From Desulfosoma sp. (GTDB lineage Bacteria; Desulfobacterota; Syntrophobacteria; Syntrophobacterales; DSM-9756), in contig JBBFKW010000003.1 of assembly GCA_037481835.1 (NCBI GenBank), positions 32,001-96,000 of the forward strand: a stretch of 64,000 nt of DNA. The letters are read 5' to 3'. Both the position numbers and the translations under genes were made by a program. The notes beneath the pieces are model-generated. The model had not been told where the DNA came from and searched no databases. It worked only from the letters and a program-made list of their open reading frames with translations. Positions 19,387 through 29,180 of this stretch are shown here, piece after piece. Numbering within the stretch: position 1 is the first letter of the stretch; every line of letters starts with the position of its first letter.

Positions 19387-21639
19387 CTAGGGTGTGGTGC
19401 TCAAGGACAGGTCGCCTTCTTGGGCGAAGGTGCCGCCGATTTGCCCCAATCCGACCAGGACGAGGGCCAGGGTGACTTCCCTGTCCTCGGCTTCTTCCCG
19501 GTAGCTTAAGCGAATCCCCCAGCAGCCGTGCCGGTATTGGACACCGTAAATCTGCTTGAAGGATTCCTGCTTTTCGAAAGAATAGTCGTAGAGCGCGTAG
19601 AGGCTGAGGCGGGGATGGACCTGCACGGCCGCACTGCCGATGATTTCGTCCACATTGGGGGCCTCGCGGTACCGGTACGTCACGTGCGCCCAATCACCCC
19701 GATGGGAATTGAGCCACAGGGAAAGGTCGTGGAGGGTGGTGCGGGTTTGGGACGGGGAGTAAGTGGCGTCATAGGACAGGGTGAGATACTGCTCCGGAGT
19801 GATGTCCACGGCCAACTGGACGTCGGAAAAGCGCTTTCCCGGCTGGGTTTCGATGGGAGGTTTATCGATGTCGTCCTCCAAAAGATACGCCTGGTGCACC
19901 CCGACCCGGGCCCATTCCCGATACGCTGTCCACGGTTCCCTGGTTCCCGTGGTCAGGCCCGTTTTCTTGGTGGTAAAGAAGCTGGAAAAACCGTAAACGA
20001 CGGTGTTTTGGCGGCTGATCCGGTCTAGGGCATCGAACAAGGGAAGGTCGCCTTGGTCGATGTCGGGGATATAAGTGTAAAACAGGTCCGGCCGAATGAC
20101 GTGCTGCACGGCCAAGGTCTCGGACGGTCGATAGACCCGTTCCAGGCGCGTTGTGGCGCTCAGGCGCGCTTCCGGAACCCATCGCGAGTCGAAACCCGAA
20201 GCGCCGTCACTGTTTCCGTCCGTCTGGTACAGAGTGGATCGCAGTCCCACGGAAGGTTCCACGGCCAGGTAGGGAAACCACTGCAGGGGGGAAGACACTG
20301 ACGGGGCGATGTCGGTGCGGACTCCCGTTTCTCCTTCAGGGCGCCAGAAATGGACCACGGACGAATCCACCGTGTAGTACGCGGGCCATGACTCGATGAG
20401 AGAAGGGGTCACCGCGGCGCGGAGGTAGGGCAGGTGCTGGATCGTCGTTTCATCGAGCGAGCGGTCCAGCTGATCCCAATAGCGGACATCCATGCTGGCG
20501 ACGGCCGATTCCCAGCGCCGCAACAGGTACAGGCTCGACTCGCGGCTCGTCACCGTCTCGTCGTTCAGGATTTCCCGTTGGCTCACACGCCGAAAGGCGC
20601 GGTTCGTAGCCGTTTGGGAAACGGATCCGGACTTGAATTCTTTTAGAAAATTGCGGTCGCTCACCATGTCCAGATCCACGAACATTTCCACGTCGTGGGG
20701 CAGGGCCGCGCTGTGGCGGGCGCGCAGCCAGTAGCGGTCCTTTTCCTGGAAGGGGTATCCCTTGTCCGCAAGATGATCCCGGTCGGCCTGGTCTTCCAAG
20801 ACGTTCAGCATCCAGACTCCTTCGCCCAGTGTGGCATGGGCGATGCGGTATTCGGCGCCGAGCATGGCCCCTCGTTTTTCCATGGCGTTCACGGAAAAGG
20901 TCCAGTCCATGTCTTGCCGCCACGCCCAGTAGAAAGGCACTTCCACGTAAGGTCCATGAAGGGTGCTGGACCCGAAGGTGGGCATGAGAAAGCCCGATTG
21001 CCGCTCCCGGTTCACGGGAAAGAGGGCGAAGGGGGTGTAGAAGACGGGGATCTTGCCCAGGCGCAGAACGCCGTGCTTGGCCCAGCCCAGCCCGTCCACC
21101 GTGACATCCATGTCGGCGAAGGAGACGGACCAGTCCGGGGAAGACGGATCGCACGTGGTCAGGGTGCCTCGAGACACATGGTAGCGGTCTGGCCCTCGCT
21201 TCGTGATGCTTTTTCCCGAGACGTAGAAACCGTTATCGGAAAAGTACACCGTGCCGCCGTCCACCCATCCCGTTTCCGTGTCCAAATGCCAGATGACCTT
21301 GTCTCCCGTGAGCCAATCCGATCCGTATTGGATGCGCACGGACCCCGCCAATTGGGCTTCCTGGCGGTTGAGGTCCACCTGGGCCCAGTCGGCGCGGATG
21401 GACTTGTCTTGAGAGCTGATGCGCACGTCCCCTTCCGCCTGGTAGATGCGGTTGAGGGCGTCGTAGCGCAGGGTTTGGGCTTCAATGGACCACGGTGCAT
21501 CGCCTTGGGAAAAGAAGTTCTTGGCCTGGGACGGGTCCGCAGCGGCGGCGTGTCCGTCAGGGCACACAGGGCGCCACAGGAGCGCCGCCAGCCCGAGGGC
21601 CGCGAACCAAAGGGAGAGGAAAAAGCGACGTCGGCGCAT
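19387..21639 (-). CDS. lptD: LPS-assembly outer-membrane protein LptD
   Basis: Signal peptide, OstA-like N-terminus, TTCD...PDWS, RQSGFLMP, beta-barrel C-terminus Y..GCWG; 750 aa. Confidence 0.85.
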   Translation of the reverse strand: MRRRRFFLSLWFAALGLAALLWRPVCPDGHAAAADPSQAKNFFSQGDAPWSIEAQTLRYDALNRIYQAEGDVRISSQDKSIRADWAQVDLNRQEAQLAGSVRIQYGSDWLTGDKVIWHLDTETGWVDGGTVYFSDNGFYVSGKSITKRGPDRYHVSRGTLTTCDPSSPDWSVSFADMDVTVDGLGWAKHGVLRLGKIPVFYTPFALFPVNRERQSGFLMPTFGSSTLHGPYVEVPFYWAWRQDMDWTFSVNAMEKRGAMLGAEYRIAHATLGEGVWMLNVLEDQADRDHLADKGYPFQEKDRYWLRARHSAALPHDVEMFVDLDMVSDRNFLKEFKSGSVSQTATNRAFRRVSQREILNDETVTSRESSLYLLRRWESAVASMDVRYWDQLDRSLDETTIQHLPYLRAAVTPSLIESWPAYYTVDSSVVHFWRPEGETGVRTDIAPSVSSPLQWFPYLAVEPSVGLRSTLYQTDGNSDGASGFDSRWVPEARLSATTRLERVYRPSETLAVQHVIRPDLFYTYIPDIDQGDLPLFDALDRISRQNTVVYGFSSFFTTKKTGLTTGTREPWTAYREWARVGVHQAYLLEDDIDKPPIETQPGKRFSDVQLAVDITPEQYLTLSYDATYSPSQTRTTLHDLSLWLNSHRGDWAHVTYRYREAPNVDEIIGSAAVQVHPRLSLYALYDYSFEKQESFKQIYGVQYRHGCWGIRLSYREEAEDREVTLALVLVGLGQIGGTFAQEGDLSLSTTP

Positions 21640-21644
21640 GGTCT

Positions 21645-22988
21645 TTAGGCCAGCAAGCGGTCATGCACTTGAGACGGTTCTCCGTAAAGCTCCTTCACTT
21701 CCCCGGCGAAATAAAGGGATCCGGTAATGCACACAACATCGTCGGGCGATGCCAGGGATTTGGCCTGAGCGATGGCTTTCGCCGGCTCGGGGATGACGTA
21801 GATTTTCTTGATGAGCGGGGAGGCAAGGCGCCTGAGCGTTTCCGGGTCAGCGGCCCGGCCGTAGCGCGGCCGAGTGAACACGGCCGTTTCCGCCATCGGC
21901 AGCAGGCGGCGGAAAATGCCGCGGATATCCTTGTCGGCCATGATGCCCATGACCAAGTGGAGACGGCGGTAGGCGAAGGTGGTCGTCAGGGCCGTGCGGA
22001 GGGATTCGGCGCCGTGAGGGTTGTGGGCTCCGTCCAAGACGACCAAAGGGGAGGTCTCCAGAATCTCCAGCCGGCCGGGCCATTGCACCTGCTCAAGTCC
22101 TTGGGAGACGAGCGTGGGATTCAAAAGGAGCGCGCCTTTGGCTTCGACGATTTCGAGGGCGGCCAAGGCTGTGGCGGCGTTGGTGTATTGGTGTTCTCCG
22201 AGAAGTCCCAAAGGAAGGTCAGGCCAATTGTGGGACAAGCCGTGATAGTGGAACCGTTGCGGGCCGTTTCGGCGCGACCGGAAATGGATACCGTAGCGGA
22301 AAAGGGGCGCTCTTTTTTTCAGGCAGGTGGTCTTCAGCGTGCTTTGGACGACGGGCTGGCGCGCGGCGGTCACCACAGGCGTGGCGTCCTTGATGATCCC
22401 CGCCTTTTCCCGCGCAATGGCCGAAAGGCCGGGCCCCAGGAACTCCTGGTGGTCCATGGCCACGTTCGTGATGACGGCCACTTCCGGGTAAATGACGTTG
22501 GTGGCATCCAATCGCCCGCCCATGCCCGTTTCCACCACGGCCCAATCCACCTTCTCCTGGGCGAAATAATGGAACGCCATGGCGGTGACGGCTTCGAAGA
22601 AGGTGGGCCACTCGTCCCCGGTCATCACGGCCATGAGCTCTTGAAAGACCTGAAAAATCCTATCCGCCGGCGCTTCACGGTCGTTGATGCGAAACCGTTC
22701 TGTAAAGCGCACCAGGTGGGGGGAGGTGTACAGGCCCACACGGAAACCGTGGCTCTTCAAAATGGAAGAGATCATGGCCGCCGTGGACCCCTTGCCGTTG
22801 GTTCCCGCGATGTGGATGGAGCGAAATCGCAGATGCGGGTTGCCCAGCCGTTGCAGGAGGTTTTCCGTCCGGTTCAACCCGAACTTGATCCCCACTTTCT
22901 GCAAGCGGCACAGAAAATCGACGGCGGAATCATAGTCAGGTATGGTGTTCGTCATCAGTGCGAACCGCGCGTGTTTAAGCCTCTCCAT
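21645..22988 (-). CDS. folC: Folylpolyglutamate synthase/dihydrofolate synthase
   Basis: IHIAGTNGKGST, YTSPHL..FTER, ETGMGGRLDATN, WPGRLE, LDGAHNP, TGSLYFAG. Confidence 0.95.
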   Translation of the reverse strand: MERLKHARFALMTNTIPDYDSAVDFLCRLQKVGIKFGLNRTENLLQRLGNPHLRFRSIHIAGTNGKGSTAAMISSILKSHGFRVGLYTSPHLVRFTERFRINDREAPADRIFQVFQELMAVMTGDEWPTFFEAVTAMAFHYFAQEKVDWAVVETGMGGRLDATNVIYPEVAVITNVAMDHQEFLGPGLSAIAREKAGIIKDATPVVTAARQPVVQSTLKTTCLKKRAPLFRYGIHFRSRRNGPQRFHYHGLSHNWPDLPLGLLGEHQYTNAATALAALEIVEAKGALLLNPTLVSQGLEQVQWPGRLEILETSPLVVLDGAHNPHGAESLRTALTTTFAYRRLHLVMGIMADKDIRGIFRRLLPMAETAVFTRPRYGRAADPETLRRLASPLIKKIYVIPEPAKAIAQAKSLASPDDVVCITGSLYFAGEVKELYGEPSQVHDRLLA

Positions 22989-23139
22989 TCCCTCATGGGG
23001 CCGGCCCGGGCCGAAACCCGGCGTTCCCGCTCTTCAGGGCGTTGTCGGCTCTCTTCCTAGCACAGTTCGCTGGAGGATGAAAGGCGGGAAAAATTCGCCT
23101 TTGCGGGCCGCATCCCTATCCCGGATGCGGCCCGATCCC

Positions 23140-23751
23140 TCAGCTGGGTCTCGGCGTGTAAAGGACGGCTACGGCCCGAGCCGGCTTGTCGCCGACGCAC
23201 CGGAAACTGTGGCTCAGATCAGAATCAAAGTAAATGCTGTCTCCCGCCCGCAAGATTTCCACGCGATCCACGGTCCGGAATTCCACCTCCCCCTCCAGGA
23301 TGAACAGGAATTCCTCCCCTTCGTGGCTCTGGAACACCATCCGATCCGCGTCCTGAACGGGAAATTCCACCAGGAAAGGTTCCATGTGCTTGTAGCGCTT
23401 TCGAAATTCCAAGGACTCGTAAATGTAATTCGTCTCCCCCTTGCTCTGATGCGGGCGCCTTTCCAGCCTGGAGCGCTCCTCGGGCCGCGTAATGGAAATT
23501 TTTTCGTCCGTTTCCTGTTCTTGGAAAAAGTGGGCGAGGGTGACGTTCAAGGCCCGAGCCAGTTTCATGAGGGTGGCGATGGGGGGGACGACATGGTCGT
23601 TTTCGATTTGCGACAAAAAAGGCTTGGACAATCCCGTCTTTTGAGCCAGATCCTGCAAGGTGTACTTGTGCTGCTGGCGGAGTTCCCGCACTTTGTGCCC
23701 GATTTTCAACGCCTTCACAGCCAGGTGGATGTCGTCTTGACCGGCCATCAT
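23140..23751 (-). CDS. XRE-family HTH + cupin transcriptional regulator
   Basis: TLQDLAQKTGLSKPFLSQIEND..PPIATL; HEGEEF.FILEG..GDSIYFDS..H. Confidence 0.9.
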   Translation of the reverse strand: MMAGQDDIHLAVKALKIGHKVRELRQQHKYTLQDLAQKTGLSKPFLSQIENDHVVPPIATLMKLARALNVTLAHFFQEQETDEKISITRPEERSRLERRPHQSKGETNYIYESLEFRKRYKHMEPFLVEFPVQDADRMVFQSHEGEEFLFILEGEVEFRTVDRVEILRAGDSIYFDSDLSHSFRCVGDKPARAVAVLYTPRPS

Positions 23752-23955
23752 GCCTCCTTTTCCCTGTTCCCTGTGCCATGGGGTTTAGGCCCGACGAATA
23801 TGCATGCCCTGGGGAGAATGGGTGGAGGTGGAGACAAGATCGGGAAGATGGGCCCCCTGTCCTGTTGGGGGCCCATCTTAGCGGAAACTTGATTTGATGG
23901 GAACAAAATTCTGGAGGCGGGCCTTTGGCACGGGGGTTCCAGGCGGAAGAACCTC

Positions 23956-24273
23956 TCAGATGGGCGGCGCGATGGTGACAACAACGCGCATGGCCGATCG
24001 GGCACGGATGCCGTGGGGTTCTGCGATGTCGCACACCACCATGTCGCCCGCCGCGACGGGGATTGTCTTATCGTCGCCCGCCAGGTAGTCCCCTTCGCCT
24101 TCAAGGATGAGCAGACTCACCTGGCCTTCGATGTCGTGGGCGTGCAGCGGCAGAGCTTGGCCGGGCAAAAAGTTGAAGTTGAGGATCTTGAAATAGGGCG
24201 AATCGTGGACGATGAGCCGTTTCATTCCCTTTTCCGAGAAATCGTTGGCGCGGATGATATTGATGTGTTTCAT
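23956..24273 (-). CDS. Cupin domain protein
   Basis: GQALPLHAH...ILEGEG...AGD...EPHG. Confidence 0.82.
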   Translation of the reverse strand: MKHINIIRANDFSEKGMKRLIVHDSPYFKILNFNFLPGQALPLHAHDIEGQVSLLILEGEGDYLAGDDKTIPVAAGDMVVCDIAEPHGIRARSAMRVVVTIAPPI

Positions 24274-25055
24274 GAGGTGGCTCCTTTCGAGGCTGCCTCG
24301 CGGGCTTCAGCGGCAATGACGGTTCGTGTTTCCAAAATGTCCCCGCGGACGCCGATGACGATGTCGTCCAAGGGGATCCTTGTGCCCGCCTTTTCCATGG
24401 CTTTTTTCACAACGCCCAAAAGAGCCGAACAGCATGGGACTTCCATGGACAGGACGGTCACGGAACGGATGGGGTTTGAAGCGAAGATTTGGGCGAACCG
24501 TTCCACATATTCGGCCACGTTGTCGAACTTGGGACAACCGATCATGACCACGCGGCCGTTGAGGAAACGGCCGTGAAAGTCGGGGACGGCCACCGCCGTG
24601 CAGTCCGCCGCGACCAACAAGTCCGCGCCGCGCAGGAACGGGGCGTTGGGGGGAATGAGCCGGATTTGCACGGGCCAATGGCCTAGGGCCGAAGCGGCCG
24701 AACCCGACGTTGGGGCCGGAGCCGGCGCTTTGTCCAGGATGCGAATCTGTTGGGACGGACACTGAGGGACCGCCGCCAGGACGTGGCTTTCGGAATCGGG
24801 GCGTGCCTGCTTGTTTTCCAGGTACCGCTCCACGGCTTCCGGGTCGAAATCCTCCGCTTCCCGTTCGATGAGCCGCAAGGCCCCCTGAGGGCATTCGCCC
24901 AGGCAGGCGCCAAGGCCGTCGCAGTAGGTGTCGGAGACCAGGGTCGCCTTGCCGTCGATGATCTCGATGGCCCCTTCGGCGCAGGCGATGACACACTGGC
25001 CGCATCCGTCGCAGCGTTCCTGATCGATTTCAATGATTTTTCGAAGGATCTTCAT
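24270..25055 (-). CDS. 4Fe-4S dicluster protein with extra Cys-rich C-terminal domain (FrdX-like)
   Basis: CDGCGQC..AC.EGA, CDGLGACLGECP, WPVQ, AADC, GCPKFD, MEVPCC. Confidence 0.85.
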   Translation of the reverse strand: MKILRKIIEIDQERCDGCGQCVIACAEGAIEIIDGKATLVSDTYCDGLGACLGECPQGALRLIEREAEDFDPEAVERYLENKQARPDSESHVLAAVPQCPSQQIRILDKAPAPAPTSGSAASALGHWPVQIRLIPPNAPFLRGADLLVAADCTAVAVPDFHGRFLNGRVVMIGCPKFDNVAEYVERFAQIFASNPIRSVTVLSMEVPCCSALLGVVKKAMEKAGTRIPLDDIVIGVRGDILETRTVIAAEAREAASKGATS

Positions 25056-25102
25056 CGCTTAAGCTCCTCATGTCTCCGGCGGGCGCTCGTCGCCCGCCTT
25101 TG

Positions 25103-25804
25103 TTAAAACCTTTCTCCGTTGACCATCCGTTCGGCCATGGCTCGCGCCGCCTCGCTCATGAGAGCCCCAAGGGCGCTCTCCCGCAGGTCCCGAGCCCTTT
25201 CGGGATTTTTTGCCAGGGTTTCTTCCAAGTGCGCCAGGGTGTGGGCGTCCCGGACGCACTGTTCGTTGACGCCGCCCTCAGAGGCTGTCTCGGCCATGGC
25301 GGCGATGATGGTGCAGACTTCATCCACCAGGTCCGGGCGCGCTCCAAGCCGGGAGAGGATGTCCCGGGCCGCCTGGGAAGCCGCATCGGTTCCAGCCGCG
25401 GAACCGGCTTCGTGGAGCAAGGCCGCGATCAAGACCACTGCGGGTTCCGCGCCGAGGGGCATGGCCAGCTTTTCGGCGAATCGGGCGACTCGGCCTGCAT
25501 GGGCGATGCGTTTGAAGTCCCGCCCGAAGTGTTTTTTCATTTCCACGGCGACGCGATCCTTCAGAAGATTTTCCCTTTGGGCCAAAAGTTCCGGCGGCAG
25601 GTCCCCCAGGCACTGATCGGCAAACTTGCAGTAGGCCGCGCACCCGAAGTCCATCTGGGGGTTCACGAACTTATGGCCGCACGTGGGGCATTTTCTGCTC
25701 GTTTCGTCCTTGAAAAACTCCACCGTCCGGCCGCACTTGGGGCATTGGGCTTCAAAAATGGCCCCGGGCTTCCAAAACCGGCTGTCTTGTCCCGGACATC
25801 TCAT
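25103..25804 (-). CDS. Zinc-ribbon + HD-like phosphohydrolase protein
   Basis: CPGQD, CPKCG..VEFFKD, CPTCG, GCAAYC.FA.QC; H..RV..A and ALLHE (HD-like). Confidence 0.75.
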   Translation of the reverse strand: MRCPGQDSRFWKPGAIFEAQCPKCGRTVEFFKDETSRKCPTCGHKFVNPQMDFGCAAYCKFADQCLGDLPPELLAQRENLLKDRVAVEMKKHFGRDFKRIAHAGRVARFAEKLAMPLGAEPAVVLIAALLHEAGSAAGTDAASQAARDILSRLGARPDLVDEVCTIIAAMAETASEGGVNEQCVRDAHTLAHLEETLAKNPERARDLRESALGALMSEAARAMAERMVNGERF

Positions 25805-25881
25805 GGTGTGGGCTCCTCTTTTCGCGGCATGGGGTCGTTTTCTTTCTGCATTCTCAATCTAAGGATGTTTCGCCTCCATCG

Positions 25882-25899
25882 CCTTGATTTAAGTCAAGG
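25882..25899. promoter_or_regulatory. CRP/FNR-family (FNR/HcpR-type) binding site
   Basis: Near-perfect palindrome CCTTGAT-TTAA-GTCAAGG about 80 nt upstream of the 25804 start. Confidence 0.6.
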
Positions 25900-26028
25900 G
25901 CCGGTTTTTTCTTCGTTCCCTCCGCCAGTCCCGCATATGCCCTTGCCAATCCGCCAAGATGCGTTAATTAAAGAGGGCTTTCGTCGAGGGTACTTTTTGA
26001 CTCTTTTCAATGCCGACGAGGCCGGCCG

Positions 26029-26853
26029 GTGAACTCTTCCCAGCGCCTGTGCTGTTTCTTGGACGAAGTCTATCATCGATATCATCGCCGCGAGATGGTG
26101 CCTCCGGACCCGCTGCAGTGCCTCTACGCCTACGAGGACCCTGCGGAAAGGGAAGTGGCGGCGCTGCTGGCCGCTTCTCTTGCGGTGGGAAAAGCCCAGA
26201 GCATCGTGTGCCAGGTGAGCGCCGTCCTTTCCCGAATGGGGCCCAAGCCGGCTTCTTTCCTGAAACAGGCGGATGCCGAGGAACTGCATCGGGTGTGTCG
26301 GGGGTTTCGGTACCGATTTTTTTCGGAAGACGAACTTCGGGCTTTTCTCGGCGGCGTGGCGGAGACCCTTCGCCTTTACGGCTCCTTGGAAGCGGCCATG
26401 GCCCGCAGCCTGAAAGGCTGCCGAGGGGACGTGCTCGGGGCGCTGGATCTTTTCGCCACCGAATTGTCCCGTGCCGCAGCCGCCGGAGGGGCGCCGAAAA
26501 ACCGGTTGGTGGCGTTGCCGTCGAGCGGCAGCGCATGCAAGCGATGGCATCTCTTTCTTCGGTGGATGGTGCGCTGCGATGACGTGGACCCCGGCGGCTG
26601 GTCGTGTCTCAAGCCTCGGGATCTTATCGTCCCCGTGGACACCCACATGTTCGCCATCGCCCGCACGTGCCGGCTCACAGGTCGCCGGCAGGGCGACCTC
26701 AAAACCGCTTTGGAAATCACGGAAGGGTTTCGGCGCATCCGCCCCGAGGATCCCGTCCGGTACGATTTTTCATTGACGCGAATGGCCATGAAAGACAAGG
26801 CATTGTTGGATTCATGGTGGCCGGCTTCGAACATAAAAGAAGGAGAGAACTGA
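26029..26853 (+). CDS. TIGR02757/DUF2400 family protein
   Basis: DP...Y..P.EREV, SACKR..LFLRWMVR.D.VDPG.W, L.VPVDTH, DPVRYDFSL. Confidence 0.85.
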   Translation: MNSSQRLCCFLDEVYHRYHRREMVPPDPLQCLYAYEDPAEREVAALLAASLAVGKAQSIVCQVSAVLSRMGPKPASFLKQADAEELHRVCRGFRYRFFSEDELRAFLGGVAETLRLYGSLEAAMARSLKGCRGDVLGALDLFATELSRAAAAGGAPKNRLVALPSSGSACKRWHLFLRWMVRCDDVDPGGWSCLKPRDLIVPVDTHMFAIARTCRLTGRRQGDLKTALEITEGFRRIRPEDPVRYDFSLTRMAMKDKALLDSWWPASNIKEGEN

Positions 26854-27662
26854 TGAGGCGAACACTCTTGATCACGGCAATGGTCTTTGCGGTTCTTTGT
26901 GCGGCCTTTTCCGCCCGGGCCGTCACACCCCACGAAATCTTCCAAGGAAGCACTCTGAACCAGATCCTCCAGAGGGGCACGCTCATCGTGGGCATGGAAG
27001 TGGAGTACTACCCCTTCGAATACGCCGACACCAACGGCAAGCCCATGGGTTTCGATGTGGATCTGGCCAAACTCATCGCCCAGGAACTGGGGGTTCAGAT
27101 CGAAATCAAGGACATCGAATGGACGGGCCTCATCCCGGCGCTCCAGAGCGGCAAGGTAGATCTGGTCATTTCCGGTATGACCCGGACTTTGGCTCGGGCC
27201 AAGACGGTGAGTTTCACCGAGCCCTACTTCACCACGGGCTTGTGCGCGCTGCTCAGCGCCAAGAAGGCGGCCGACGTCCAAACCGTGGATCAATTGAACG
27301 CGCCGGATCGAGTCCTCGCCGTCAAGACGGGAACCACGGGGGATCTTGTGGCCACGAAAAAGTTTCCCAAGGCGACCATCAACCGGTTCAAGGATGAGAC
27401 GGCCTGCGTGCGCGAGGTGGTCACGGGGCGTGCCGACGCCTTTTTCTACGACCAGATTTCCATCGCCAAACACCACGCCCAGAACAAGGACACAACCCGG
27501 GCCCTCTTGAAACCCTTCACCTACGAGCCGTTCGCCATGGCCATTCGCAAGGGGGATGCCGATTTCCTCAACTGGCTGAACATCTTCTTGGACACCATTA
27601 AGGGCGACGGCCGCTACGACGAGCTTTACCAAAAGCACTTGGGAGAAATCATCAAACCATGA
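26853..27662 (+). CDS. Polar amino-acid ABC transporter substrate-binding protein
   Basis: Signal peptide, Y.PFE, GFDVDLA, WTGLIPALQSGKVD.VISGMT.T..R, FTEPY. Confidence 0.9.
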   Translation: MRRTLLITAMVFAVLCAAFSARAVTPHEIFQGSTLNQILQRGTLIVGMEVEYYPFEYADTNGKPMGFDVDLAKLIAQELGVQIEIKDIEWTGLIPALQSGKVDLVISGMTRTLARAKTVSFTEPYFTTGLCALLSAKKAADVQTVDQLNAPDRVLAVKTGTTGDLVATKKFPKATINRFKDETACVREVVTGRADAFFYDQISIAKHHAQNKDTTRALLKPFTYEPFAMAIRKGDADFLNWLNIFLDTIKGDGRYDELYQKHLGEIIKP

Positions 27663-28399
27663 TGTATCGGCTTTTCGTGCGCAGCCTCATCGGGGCCATG
27701 GTCGTGGCGACCTTGGCCCTTTTGTTGGCAACCTTGGAGTATCCGTGGAACTGGTGGGTGCCGTGGCAGTACCGAAGCCTGTTCTTGAAAGGTTTTGTCT
27801 TGACGCTCCTTATTTCCCTGGGAGCCATCGCTTTGGGGTTCCTCATCGGGGTCGCGGGGGGGCTCGCCCGCGTGTCCAAAAACGCCATCATCCACGTCTT
27901 GGCTTCGTATTACGTAGAGCTTTTCCGAGGCACCCCTTTGCTGGTCCAAATCTACATCTTCTATTTCTGCCTCGCCGCGGCGGCTCGCTACGATAACCCC
28001 GTGGTCATCGGCATGATCACGCTGGCTTTCTTTTCCGGGGCCTACATTACGGAAATGGTGCGAGCCGGGATCGAATCCGTTGATCCCGGCCAGATCGAGG
28101 CCGCCAAGTCCACGGGGCTCAACGAGCGCCAGACCATGCGTTATGTGGTTTTTCCCCAGGCTTTTCGCCGCATCATCCCTCCCGTCACAGGGCAATTCGT
28201 CTCCCTGATCAAAGATTCCTCCCTCCTTTCGGTCATTTCCGTCAGGGAATTGACCAAGGCCTCCGAAGTCATCAACGCCACCACCTACAAGACCTTCGAA
28301 GCCTACCTGCCTCTGGCCCTCTTCTACCTGGCCCTGACTTATCCCCTGTCGTACCTGACGCGAAAGCTGGAGCAGCGCCTCGCCAACGGCAAAAAGTAA
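27659..28399 (+). CDS. Polar amino-acid ABC transporter permease
   Basis: YVELFRGTPLLVQ, GAY..E.VRAG, GQIEAA, PQAFRR..PP..GQF.SLIKDSSL. Confidence 0.92.
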   Translation: MMYRLFVRSLIGAMVVATLALLLATLEYPWNWWVPWQYRSLFLKGFVLTLLISLGAIALGFLIGVAGGLARVSKNAIIHVLASYYVELFRGTPLLVQIYIFYFCLAAAARYDNPVVIGMITLAFFSGAYITEMVRAGIESVDPGQIEAAKSTGLNERQTMRYVVFPQAFRRIIPPVTGQFVSLIKDSSLLSVISVRELTKASEVINATTYKTFEAYLPLALFYLALTYPLSYLTRKLEQRLANGKK

Positions 28400-28549
28400 C
28401 TTCGGGATCAGTTCTCGGAGTTTCTATTTCCTCTCGGACGGAAGCATGGGGTGGGTTCGTCTTGTGTTGGCGGGCCTCGGCCTTTATGTTAGAAGGCATG
28501 GTGACGGAAAAAACGTGGCTCTTAACGCGGGACGATGAGGAGACGAGGC

Positions 28550-28804
28550 ATGTCCGAAAAGTCGGTCAAGCTGTATGCGCTGAGCACTTGTATCCATTGC
28601 CGCCACACCAAAGATTTTCTTAACGAGTGCGGTGTCAAGTACGAATGCGTGGACGTGGACACACTCCAAGGCGAGGAACGCCAGGCGATGATCGAAGAGG
28701 TCAAGCGCTTTAACCCCAATTGCACTTTCCCAACCATTCTCATCGGCGACAAGGTCATTGTGGGGTTTCGAAAGGACGAAATCGAGGAGGCTTTGAAACC
28801 GTGA
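28550..28804 (+). CDS. Glutaredoxin/NrdH-like protein
   Basis: YALSTCIHC, NP.CTFPT, IVGF. Confidence 0.88.
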   Translation: MSEKSVKLYALSTCIHCRHTKDFLNECGVKYECVDVDTLQGEERQAMIEEVKRFNPNCTFPTILIGDKVIVGFRKDEIEEALKP

Positions 28805-29136
28805 CGGCTGCCGAACTGCTTGAAAAATTGCGCCCCATTCAGGAAGCCAAGGGGTACTTTTTTAACAAAGACCTGAAAGGGATGACCCTGCCTCTTTTGG
28901 AAAGCCTGCTCGTCAATAAGGAACGATACGGCTACATGGCGTGCCCGTGCCGCTTGGCTTCCGGCGATCGAGAAAAGGACAAGGATATCATCTGCCCGTG
29001 CGTTTACCGGGAACCGGACGTGGCCCAGTACGGCAGCTGCTACTGCGGATTGTACGTGTCCCGGGAATGGAACGAAGGGACCATCCCGCACGTCGCCGTG
29101 CCGGAACGGCGCCCGCCGGAAAAGATGTTCTTTTAA
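28801..29136 (+). CDS. Ferredoxin-thioredoxin reductase catalytic-subunit-like protein
   Basis: RYGYMACPCR, ICPC.Y, GSCYCGLYV, VPERRP; GTG start overlaps grx stop. Confidence 0.88.
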   Translation: MTAAELLEKLRPIQEAKGYFFNKDLKGMTLPLLESLLVNKERYGYMACPCRLASGDREKDKDIICPCVYREPDVAQYGSCYCGLYVSREWNEGTIPHVAVPERRPPEKMFF

Positions 29137-29180
29137 GGAGGCACCTTTCCCCGTCGAGAGCAACAGGAGGCCGACATTTC

